A stretch of DNA of 64,000 bases, from the NCBI GenBank assembly GCA_002633005.1, contig NMRA01000462.1:296735-360734 (forward strand), read 5' to 3'. Both the position numbers and the translations under genes were made by a program. The notes under the pieces are model-generated. The model was not told the origin of the DNA. It saw only the letters and a list, made by a program, of their open reading frames with translations, and did no database searches. Numbering within the stretch: the stretch's first letter is position 1; the number at the start of each line of letters is the position of its first letter. This document shows positions 26,201-38,200 of the stretch, in pieces. Source of the DNA: Phoronis australis (lineage: Eukaryota > Animalia > Phoronida).

Positions 26201-29200
26201 ACAGTCAGCATGTCTATGTTCAATGTGTATCCGATGCCAACCTGTAAGTTAAAGCTGGATCTCCTTCAAGGTTATGTAGGACCCTAGAAAAATGTCCAAT
26301 GTAGTCAACTTGGAAACATTGTATCGCAGAAATGGCTGATCAGATTCACATCTGATCAGATTGACATGAAACTTTCAGATGCTATGGTATATATTACTGT
26401 TCTCCGAAACGCTGGCAAAAATTGTTTTTAAAATGTTCCACTTTTGCGTGAGGGGCTATAAAGCTAGGACTTGTAAATGATTTTCATGAAAATTTTTTAA
26501 AGTGTTGTATAAAACAAAAACGAAACAAAAATTTAGAAAACTGTAAAAGCATTTTTGATATTTTATCTTGAACATTTACAGAACACAAACTTTGGTAAGT
26601 TATTGAGCCTTTTGATTTGCTATGAATGTACCTTTCTTTTTTGCTTAACATTCCTAAAAATCAAGACCACATGTTGTAATTAACCCCTTCAAATGCCTCT
26701 TTATGGTTACAGGTTACCATGACAAAGAATGTGCCCAGTTCTACTATAACCCATTCAACAGTATGCATAGGAAGTGGGATGACGATGACTGCAGCACATA
26801 CAAGACCTACTTTGTGTGCGAGATCTAAGTAGAGACAGTGGTTTTCAAGGACAAGCACATGCCTTGTTTCTTCAATTTAGAACACAACAGACGTTGCTTA
26901 GAGTGGTTTGGTTGACAGAGGGGCAGATGCCAAATAACAAGACTCGAAAACAGTAAAAATGGCCACTAGGTGGTGCAAAATACCACAAATCAAACGGAAC
27001 ACCTGAGGATAGCGTCAGCTCACTAATAGATGCCTATCTGGCAAATTTTATGAAAGCCCGTTGAAGACCTTTGAAGATACAGAGGTAATATTAAAAAACT
27101 AAAATTGCCACTAGGGGGCACACCGGTAGTCCAATCCATCCGTCGTTTGTAGTCAACTTCATAAAAATACAATTGCCAAATTTAATAAAGATCTGGCAGA
27201 GGGTTTAGGAGATACAGCCATGGGCATAAAAAAACTGCCACTAGGAGGCCCCACAGTATCGAGGTCGTCGGGAAATCATCGTCAGTCCTCCTCTTTAAAT
27301 AAAGAACGTACATGCCAATTTCCACAATCATCCTTAGAGTGGTTAGGATGACAGAGGTGCAGATGTCAAAAAACAGATTTGAAAACAATAAAAATTTCCA
27401 CTAGGTGGTGCAAAGTGCCTCAAATTCAACCGCAAACTGGATGATATTGTCACCTCACTAACAGATGTCTAACTGCCAAATTTTATGAAAATCTGTTGAC
27501 AACCTTAGAAGATACAGAGGTAAACATAAAAAACTAAAATCGCCACTAGGGGGCACATCAGTTGTCCGATCCGTCCGAAAGTCATTGTCCTCTGTTGCCA
27601 GCTTCATATAAATTCACCAGGAAAATTCAATAAAGACCCTGTAGAGCATTCAGGAGATATAGCCATGGGCGCAAAAACAAACAAAACTGCCAATAGGAGA
27701 CGGCACAGTAGTCAAAGACGTTGGAAGATCATCGTAAACTGTCCTCTTCACAGTAAGAACATATATGCCAATTTTCAAAATCATACCTAAAGGGGTTTGG
27801 TAGATAGAAGGGTGAATGTCAAAAAACAGACTTGAAAACAGTAAAAATGGCCACTAGGTGGCGCAAGGTGCCCTGAATCTGTCCGAAAACGGGAGGATGG
27901 TATCATCTCATTAATAGACGCCTAACTGCCAAATTTTATGAAATTCCTTTGACGACCTCCGAAGATAGAGAGGTAAGCGTAAAAAACTAGAGAACACACC
28001 GGTAGTTGGACAGGTTCGAAATTCATTGTCATCCGTCGTCAGCTTCATAAGAACACACCTGCCAAATCTCATCAAGACCCTGTGAGGGGTTTAGGAGATA
28101 CAGCTGCGGACGCCGGACGCCCAGACAGAGATGACAGCAATTTCGAACACATTATAAATATGTGACCCATAAAAACTTGAGACTTCGAGTAACAATTCGA
28201 AATTTCGAGTTGAGACTTAATGATGGGGTCAATGCATGCAAATCAGGATTAGACAGTTATCCATGTCAGCCATCACACACTCAAATACAGAATTACACAC
28301 ACATGCCTTGAGGTTGTATCAAAATAGTTCAAACTAGGGTAAAAAGATTAAATCCAGGTCCTGGACAACATGGCTGATGTAGACCCCAGGTCCTGGACAA
28401 CATATTAGTTGCTCACTTATGAGCACAACTCAGTGGCCTGTAAAACTCTGGCTGAATAACTCGTATGCAACCAAAAAGTATGACTCACAAACATGTGAAC
28501 GAATAGAGGGGAATCCGTGGGCCATGTTTATAGGTGCCAGAGCACTGTTTGCATGTCATGGGCATGAAAAAAATAGGCCCCAACCTCTTGGACTTACGAA
28601 TCATTTGATACAGTTACACACAGTATATTCGACCCATAGGACAACCTAAAGTTTGGACCGGAAACTTTGCAGGAAGTTTTGAATAATTTGAAAACAGGTG
28701 AGAGACTGAATTTACCTGTAGTAACAAAAAAGAAATCGTTACATGAATTACCTGACTGGGTAATAGAGCAATAGTCTCACCTGTTCGGATTGTAATGTTC
28801 AGCAAGGCATACTTGGAACACTTGATCATAAATTCAACATCTTTGTCAGACTGAAACAGATATCGCATGGAGAAACTAAGGTGATGCAAATCTGCTAATG
28901 AGAAGAATACAATAAACAGCCCTTCTGTAACTTCAGGAAAACAAACCAAGCCATAATTAAACTAATTAAATTAAAAATAGCCCATCAGAACACTCAAATT
29001 TACCACCAAAAATTCACAAAAAAATAATTGCAGGTGGCCTGGTAGACATTGTCAAAGAAGTGCGCAGGCTGCTCATGTGTGCCCATTGTACTGATCACTT
29101 GGAGCCATTTTTAAGCTTTATTAATATGTAGTTAAAATCCGAGCTGAGAATTCTAGATGCTGGAGACCAAGCTCAAGGGTCTAACTGTGTGCCCCGGTGG

Positions 29201-32200
29201 GACTTGAACCTACGACCTTGAGTTAAGGAAGTGGACACTTATCTCACTGGGCCTCACAAAGGTAACTACATGAAATTCAATTAAAATACGGTGCCCGACA
29301 AAGATTATTGAACAAAATGACTTGGAATACATCTGGTCGTGATTACCGAGCACAGGTGGAATACCCATGGTGGCGGCTGATAGAAGTCGTTGACAGACAA
29401 TCTTATACTGGTACGTTTCGATGATTGATTGAACACAGAAAATGAAACGAGCATGTTAAGACACCACGCGAGTTACTGTTTGTTAATTACACAGTAGAAG
29501 ACAAAAGTAATCAGACCAAATACCATTTTCCCATCAAGATGGCTAACCACGTAAATAGAAAAAATGCTGTAACTATTCGGGCGGCACAGTTATGACCGTC
29601 TAAGCCATATTACTGACATTTCCCTTCATTTTCAATCACAAGAAAAGACTACTCGGATGGTGAATTCAGCTTCCACCTAGCCGTTGTGACAGAGGATTCC
29701 AGGTCATTTTGTCTGCATATAACAAAACCAACCAAACAGAGATCATAGACTGCTTCAAAGGAAAGATTCACTACGGCGATAACTTCGACTTATTCCAGTT
29801 TGACAAATGAGATTTGCACATGATCCACGTAGAACTGTGTGGAACTTAAAAACTAAGGTGAGTGAGTTAAAACAGACTTGGTGAAGTAAAACCCTTCATG
29901 AGGAACAACCTCTGCTAATAGCTCATCAAGAGGAGCAACATCTGCTAATAATACACCAGTCTTGATACGGGTTAAGCAAAAAGGTATTCAAACAAAACCT
30001 CAGACTTTGATCAGAGGTTTAATTTGCAATTTTTCAAAAAGTGAGAAAAATCTCTTACCCGAGTTGGAGTGTTCATGAAGCTTATTTGAGTAAAGAATGC
30101 ATCCGTTTTCTTCGACAAGTTGAACGTGAAGCGAAAATCTGTTGTCAAATTATCTGAAACACCAGAGGTTATCCCACATTATATCACATTATCTGAAACA
30201 TCAGAGGTTATCCCATATTATAGCACATTATCAGCCTGCCGTGACCAATACAACAGTTAAATAACCCATTTTGTAATTCAACGCACATTGAATAACATTT
30301 TGGCAGGAAACCAAGGGCGGTTTTGAACCCGCTTCGCTAGATTTTCGAGTCGTCCACTTAACCGCTGCGCCACTCAGCAGCTGAGTAAAGTGAAAATAGA
30401 ATACTTAAATGAGGATGCAACATAATCGCACGTTTAACAAACAGCACTGTACCGACATTTATACCCTGTGAAAAATAAAACACACAATTTCAATAAAAAC
30501 GACATCTTTAATTCAGTAAAATCTGTCAGTCATTTTCTCTCAGTTGTAAATCATCGACCTCCAGTTTGAATACGGGTAACGTGTCGTTGGGATCCTGTGA
30601 CTTGGACATTATACTCAGTAAATAGTGGTAATGTACTTAAGCAGACGATATGTTAACGTTTAAAACTTGGCACGATAAGATATGTAGTAAGCTAGACTAT
30701 TTGCTTAAAACTTATTTATAGATTCACTATATTTCTATTTTGTTTAAATTTTCAAGTGGTAAGTAAAAGCATTATTTTAACAAGAATAACTTAGCGTTTC
30801 TTAAAAGGTCACGACCTCTGACCCCAGGCCTCTGACATAGAAAGTAGTAACAAACGTCAAGGCGAGTTGAGAAACGTGGAACGATTCATTGCAATGTTTA
30901 TCGTTCAGTATGTAGTATATACAGATTATTACATGTTCTCAGTCGTTATCCCCCATATCTAGAGCCCTCATGTATTTTGTAAAATTATCGCCTGAGGGAC
31001 TAATGCCACCTGGGGCGATAATTCTACAAAATTCACTCAGGCTCTAGATTACGGGGTATAACGACTTCGCCATGTAATAATCTATTATATGTATCAACCT
31101 TATACTACAAATAATTATGAGTTATCCAATGTGCGTTAGATAACAAATTGGCGAGAAACATGAAAGGCATGCTGGTTTGATCGACTGTGCCGTATAAGTA
31201 TAACTGCTGCTATATAATTTTTATTGTTTTGCTCGTTTTGTACAGTATATTGCTCTATACCTGAGATAATGAGATTCATTACATTTTCTTGGCCATTATT
31301 TCCTGGATCTAGATTTGGAAGAATTATCTTACCATGTATAATAAATCATCCAAATCTTGCTTAAGGAAAAAAAACAGACAGTATGATAGCTTGAGGTCAG
31401 TTTGGGCTTGAATGGGGTAACTAGTCCACACAGTGGCTAGGAATTTTGTGGGCGTCATTCATACACAATAGGCCTTTATAAAAGAGTTACTGTTTAAAAA
31501 GTAAGAGCACAATGAAAGTTTCATTCGAGAAATGAACAGTTGCCATTATAACCACTCACAGTGGCAAGTTTCACCGTTCCCAATGTAGTTACTGTTGACT
31601 TCGCACTCATTGCACAGGTCCCCGACCACTCCCTTTACCCGACAGTAAGCGCGACAACTCCCGGTCACCCGGTCACAAGAGGCAGCTTGGCCGATACACT
31701 GACAAGCTGAAAACAGAGATTGCAGTAGTCAAGACGAGAAGGGGAGACAATTCCCAGTCACTGAGCCACAAGAGATGTCTGGACATGATGGAAGATATAT
31801 TATTTATCAGAACCTGACATAATGCCAATCCCACACTAAAACTCACATAGATAAGTCAGATCCAACTGGATCAAGAGATCTTATCCAAACCGTAGAAAAT
31901 ATGAATTTCAAAGTTTTGGCTGGTGCCTACTACTTTGAAGCTCTGCCTGAGTTAAGAGTAGGACTCCACTTAAGCATGTCCGACTAAGGCAAGTTTTACA
32001 AAACTCAAAAACACCCTGCAGATGTTGGTGGTAAGACTGTGGTAGACAGTAGCTTTGAAAAAAAGTTTTGCCAACATTATAACAAAAATGCCAAAGGCAG
32101 CCAAATACAAGTAAAGTCACAGGAAAATAGCAGCAAAACTGTGCTCTGAAATTTTGTTGTTTTTCATTTTTTAAACTACAGTTTGTACTATGTACAAATT

Positions 32201-35200
32201 ACCAAATACTAACAATGAAACAGTAGAATCTCAGTCTATTACAACAACTGGACTTCAGTAAACAATGTTGTGCTCGCGTCTCTTGAATGTCAACAGGTCA
32301 CTAAAGAATATGTTTTTCAGTTCTGGGAAACAGAATTGTAGTGGGAAGAATTTTTAAAAATCATAATATTTGAATGATTAACAAATGAATTTTCCAACAC
32401 AATTTGATTTGCTCAATTAAACAACAGAGAATCTTCAATATCTAATTGTAAGAAATTTATCACAAATGCTAAGAAAATACAAGCGTTGCTAGTGCTTTCA
32501 CAAACACACAGGAACATTAACAAAGATCATGACAAGCTTTTCGTAAGTCACTTACCAAAGCATTTACCCCCTGCCGTGGCGTTGCCATAGTACCCTTCTA
32601 TGCACCGCTCGCAACGGTTCCCCTCAGTCAGGTCAGCGCAAGAGATGCACTTGCTAGTCCCATCATAACAAGTACTGTGACCGTTACACTGGCACACTGA
32701 AATGCCAGATATGGAAATTAAATTCGGTGTTGTTCAGAAAAAATCTACTATTAATGTTATAACCATATTCATGAATCTGTAGAAACAGAAGAGGGACAGA
32801 TGGTAAGTTACTTCAAAACCATGGAAACGATCCAACTTTGCACACCAAAAAAATCAACTCCTCGTAATTAAAGCAATATAAAGTTTGGATGAATAAATAT
32901 ACTTTTCTTTTATAACTGTTACTTCCTTACAAACACAGTAGTGTGGTTTGCATTGAATACTTTACTGTTATTTTTTCTAGATTACAAAACAGTTTCTTCA
33001 CTACTGTATGACATAGAACACGTAAAACATTTAAGTAATGATATAACTATAACTTAATACAACATCTAACAAGATGACATGCAAAAAGATAAGAAAAATG
33101 AAAATGATCAAGTTTCTTTCAATAAATCATCTGGCACATAAGCCAAAAATATGAAATTTTTTCCAACGCCATACGCACCAGGGCAATCCACAAAGAACCA
33201 ATGCGGTGCCGGACAGAGATCAGGGGTCACAGTGGTGGCATCAGCCTGGCGCATGATTGGTCCAGAGTTTGACCCCTCCATGCACTTGCCCAATCCCGTG
33301 TTGGTGCCATCATCGCACCAACCACACGAAGGATTGATTTGACATTCATCGCACGTCTTCAGCTCAGAGCACTGGGTGGCTAGAAAAAGAAGAATCGCAG
33401 AATTTGAATTCGTGTAGGAAAATTCTGGGCACAAGCTCTCACTACAGAGAAGTACAAGGATCACACATGGATAATTAAACTTGAACTCGTGTCATTTTGA
33501 AAACACATCATTCTAACAGTTATAAAAACACACATTCAGGGCCGTAAATGTATTACCACAGTCCTAAATATATTATATTCAGCTGAATTCCACCCTCAAA
33601 TGTTGAAAAATTTCCTTTTAAATGTCCATGTTGGATAATGTGCTCAACCCGAATTAAGATTTTTTCAATGTAATAACAAAATGCTTTTGCAACAAAAATG
33701 CAAGGGTCCTGACAATGAAAAATGGAAAAACAAGATACTTTACATTAAGGCTACACCCTTTTCAGAAGACTTTGTGTAGGTGGGGCAAAGGAGGCAGCCG
33801 CCACAATACACTCTGCACCAAAGGTTCCCTATATGTCATAATCAGGTGATACCCACAAACCCATCACCTACCTGAGCACTTGGAATTCTGTGCGACCCAC
33901 TCTCTACACTGTCCGTAGGGGTATGAGGCGAAGTAAGCATTGGACTCGACACAGCGTCGTTCACTCTCGCACCACATACAGTGGGCGGCCGTGCAGTTGG
34001 CGCAAGAGTACATGCCATGACAGGGTCTGGAACACGTGGCCGGATAATTCTCCAACTTGTCTGTAATGACAGCGAGGTATATACTCCGAAGGGAATCACA
34101 TAATTCAAAATAACAAAACTAATACGGACATGGATAACCAACAACTTAATTGTTTATAATGACTGCACTACCTTGGTCACGTCAAATCGGGTATACCCTA
34201 TCTACCAAATATCGGAAAAAAAGTTGCCAGACACAACTGAGTGAGCAGAAGACGAAGATGTCAGTGCTTCTTTTAGAAAGGAACACGAAAACAACAGCAG
34301 GATGACACCCCAACCAGTCGGTTTAAGACAAGATGATTGCTAAGCTTACCTCTAGAACTGCCAGTGCCTCCAAAGGAACAATCCCACTGTAGCTGTTATC
34401 CCTCTCCAGAACTTAACTTGTATAATCAAGCATTTAAATGCCATTAATGATCTGCCATGAACATGTTGTAAACAATTCTGGCCTATTGCGTAGAAAGTAG
34501 TCCAAACGCACTTCATTCAGTCTGCCCAGGACAAAACACAACAGACTAATTATCTTGTCTCATTATCAAGAGTTACCATGAAGTTTGGGCAATGAAAAAT
34601 AAGGGGGGGGAATGTAGCGAGACTGACCTTCTCTGTTGACACACATCAGACTTCCTTTTCTATTCATAACCCACATGCAGTCAGAGCTAGCATTACAGTA
34701 GGCACAGTTGTGACGGAAACTGCAGTCTGTGCTGTACTTTGCTGGACACTGCTCAACAGACGCCACCTAGAGGTGTAGAACAGAACTACAGTTCACTCAG
34801 TAACATACCTATTCCTGAATCATTACAGCGCCTATATACCCACNAGACAACTGAGTGAGCAGAAGACGAAGATGTCAGTGCTTCTTTTAGAAAGGAACAT
34901 GAAAACAACAGCAGGATGACACCCCAACCAGTCTGTTTAAGACAAGATGATTGCTAAGCTTACCTCTAGAACTGCCAGTGCCTCCAAAGGAACAATCCCA
35001 CTGTAGCTGTTATCCCTCTCCAGAACTTAACTTGTATAATCAAGCATGTAAATGCCATTAATGATCTGCCATGAACATGTTGTAAACAATTCTGGCCTAT
35101 TGCGTAGAAAGTAGTCCAAACGCACTTCATTCAGTCTGCCCAGGACAAAACACAACAGACTAATTATCTTGTCTCATTATCAAGAGTTACCATGAAGTTT

Positions 35201-38200
35201 GGGCAATGAAAAATAAGGGGGGGGAATGTAGCGAGACTGACCTTCTCTGTTGACACACATCAGACTTCCTTTTCTATTCATAACCCACATGCAGTCAGAG
35301 CTAGCATTACAGTAGGCACAGTTGTGACGGAAACTGCAGTCTGTGCTGTACTTTGCTGGACACTGCTCAACAGACGCCACCTAGAGGTGTAGAACAGAAC
35401 TACAGTTCACTCAGTAACATACCTATTCCTGAATCATTACAGCGCCTATATACCCACAAATCTCATTGACCAGCTTTTCTATTTTTGATTTTTTAAAATT
35501 TTTATTGCAATGAGTAGGCTTTTAACAGTTGATGTATACTGCCGTGACCTGATTAAAAAATGAAGCTGATAGCGTTACAAGAATTTTTACCTTCGTAACT
35601 AGGTTGAAGTAAACTTTTAAGTAAGTAAAATTACTTCACTGCATCCCAAATTTTTAAACAAGAGCAACGCAGAGCATTAAAATGCATCCACAAATGCACC
35701 GCAAACGGTGTGCTTCTAGGGGTGTTTATTTGGAACATGCAAATGGCTACTAGATGGTGCAAAATACGTCGAATCCATCCAAACAGTGGTATGTGTAGTC
35801 AAAGCTATTTACCAAAGTTCATAAAAATCTGTAACGGAACTTCTGAGAAAAATGAGATTGCCACTAAGAGGATATAGGCGCAAAAAACATAACAGCCACT
35901 AAGAGGCACCACAGTAGATAAAGTCGTCGGAAAATCATTGTCAGACTTCCTCTTCACATTAGGAACATACATGCTAATTTCCTCAACCATCCTTAGAGTG
36001 GTTTCGTTGACAGAGGGGCAGATGCCAAATAACAAAACTCGAAAACAGTAAAAATGGCCACAAGGTGGCGCAAAATACCACGAATCAAACCAAAATCCTG
36101 AGGATAGCATCAACTCAAAAATATATCTATCAGCCAAATTTCATGAAAATCCGTTGAGGACCTTTGAAGATACAGAGGTAAAATCAAAAAAACTAAAATT
36201 GCCACTAGGGGGCACACTAGTAGTCGGATCCATCCGAATGTCATCGTTGTTTGTTATCAAAATCATATAAATACACATGCGAAGTTTAACAAAGATCCTG
36301 AAGAGGGTTTAGATGATACAGTCATGGGCGTAAAAAACTAAGAGACCCCACAATTGTCGAGGTTGACGGAAAATCATCGTCAGCCCTCCTCTTCACATTA
36401 GGAAAATACATGCTCAATTCCACAATCATTCTTAGAGTGGTTTGGTTGACAGAGGGGCAAATGCCAAAAAGCAGACTCGAAAACAGTAAAAATGGCCAAT
36501 AGGTGGCGCAAACTATGTTGAATCCACCCAAAAACGAAAGGATAGCATCGTCTCACAAAGAGATGCCTATACGCTAAATTTTATGAAAATACGTTGAGGA
36601 CCTTTGAGAAACAGACTGTTAAATGTAAAAAACTAAAATTTCCACTAGGAGGCATACCAGTAATCGGATCCGCCCAAAAGTTCTCTCATGCCATCTTATG
36701 CATGAAAGGAACATGTTAGCAAAATTTCATGAACATAGTCGTTAAACAGTTTTGGAGATAGCGCAGCAGATGCCGGATGAACGGTCACCGGACGAACGAG
36801 GATGACGGCACAATGCGTCCACATACAAACACGTGGGCGCATAAAAATGTGTGCTTCAAATGTCTACATAAACTGACATCAACAAAATGCCGGGCAACGC
36901 GTGTCCTTTTACAGGTTTAAACACACAATCATCACAAGAATTACAGCATTACAGCCACAGGTGTCTCTTGTGGCAGAAAGTATTTTTAACACAAACAGGA
37001 AAATTTTGAGACGTATATTTCATGTCACTGAATAATAATTTGTGTTTTAGGTAGTAATCAGATCAGAAATGCCCATTTAAGCTAATGTTATCAGGACAAA
37101 TATTTTCCACACATTATGTAATACAGTAAAACTTTCATAAGTCGAACATGTATAAGTCCAATTTCTGCTTAACTCAAAGTTCAGTGGTTTGTTTATTCTA
37201 GTTGATGCACTCGGCCCTCAGATAAGTTAGATTTCACCTTTCACAGAAGAAATCTTGCGGACCTGTTGGACACGGCTTATGTGAGTTTTAATGTACATTC
37301 AAACCTCTTTGGAGGTACAGTACCGGGTGAGGGTCGCGACACGTCCCTGTTTCGCATCCCCCTTTGCACCATCTACAGCCAAATGAGGTGGAGAGGCAGG
37401 AAGGACAGCTGGACTCAACTCTCTTGCACATCTCTGAGTAGTCACCTGTGGCAACATGGGCAGAAAGGGGTGTACATAATGTGGGTTAATAAAGTCTTCG
37501 GATATGTTTCATGAAAAGTGACTTAACACTTAAGTGACTTAACACTTAAGTCACAAATTTGGTCTTACGCTCCCACTTCCCAACTGCGAATTAATTATGA
37601 GCACATCACTGACTAGGACTAACTTTTAGAAGTTATCTCTGTCTCAGTAACTAGCAGTTATGTTTATATTCTCAAGAGACTTCGGACTGGTTGCTCAAGT
37701 GACATTTTTAAACCATTTTCATATAATTGGGAGGCACGGAAGACCAAATTTCTGGCCACATGATCAAAAGCTAAAGAAAACATGTGTGAATGGTAAAACC
37801 TCACCAATGGCAGCCACAGGACAAACTGAATACTTCTTATCTCCAGCTTAAGTCAAATTACTAACCTTTTACCACAATGGCAGGAACTAATCATTTTCTT
37901 TGTAAAACTATTTGCCTTACGAGCAGATATTCTACATAGTTTTGTTGAAACTGTTTCTAAATACGCCATACTGACCACTTTACAAAGAGTGAAAATCGAT
38001 GTGTAAGCATTCCGATGCATAGATTTGCAGAATACAAGTCGTCTAATCCAACATCCAGAAAGTGTCGCGCAAATGATCGTTTGCCCGAAATGTGGCAGTT
38101 GATCTTGGATAGATACTACCTACTCTTATCCATGACAAACTGAACTTCTGGCTGCTTGAAATACTACTACAATGAAGTGATCTCAGCAGGTCACATGACT

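Larger units (their letters stand above)
34233..35457. repeat. Direct duplication of about 611 bp (34233-34843 / 34847-35457) separated by an N
   Basis: Copies differ at only three positions I could see (34286, 34320, 34434), all intronic. Confidence 0.92.

Noticed and set aside
29196-30373. tRNA genes
   Set aside because: A and B boxes are present but the stems do not form a cloverleaf; classed as SINE heads.
34344-34400. Strong minus-strand donor (GAG|gtaagc) suggesting an extra attractin micro-exon
   Set aside because: Nearby acceptors in the required phase hit a TAG, and exons 14 and 15 already join in frame.
35805-36531. Similar ORFs (also 27182-27388) looking like a paralogous gene family
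   Set aside because: Antisense translations of the Helentron-like tandem units.
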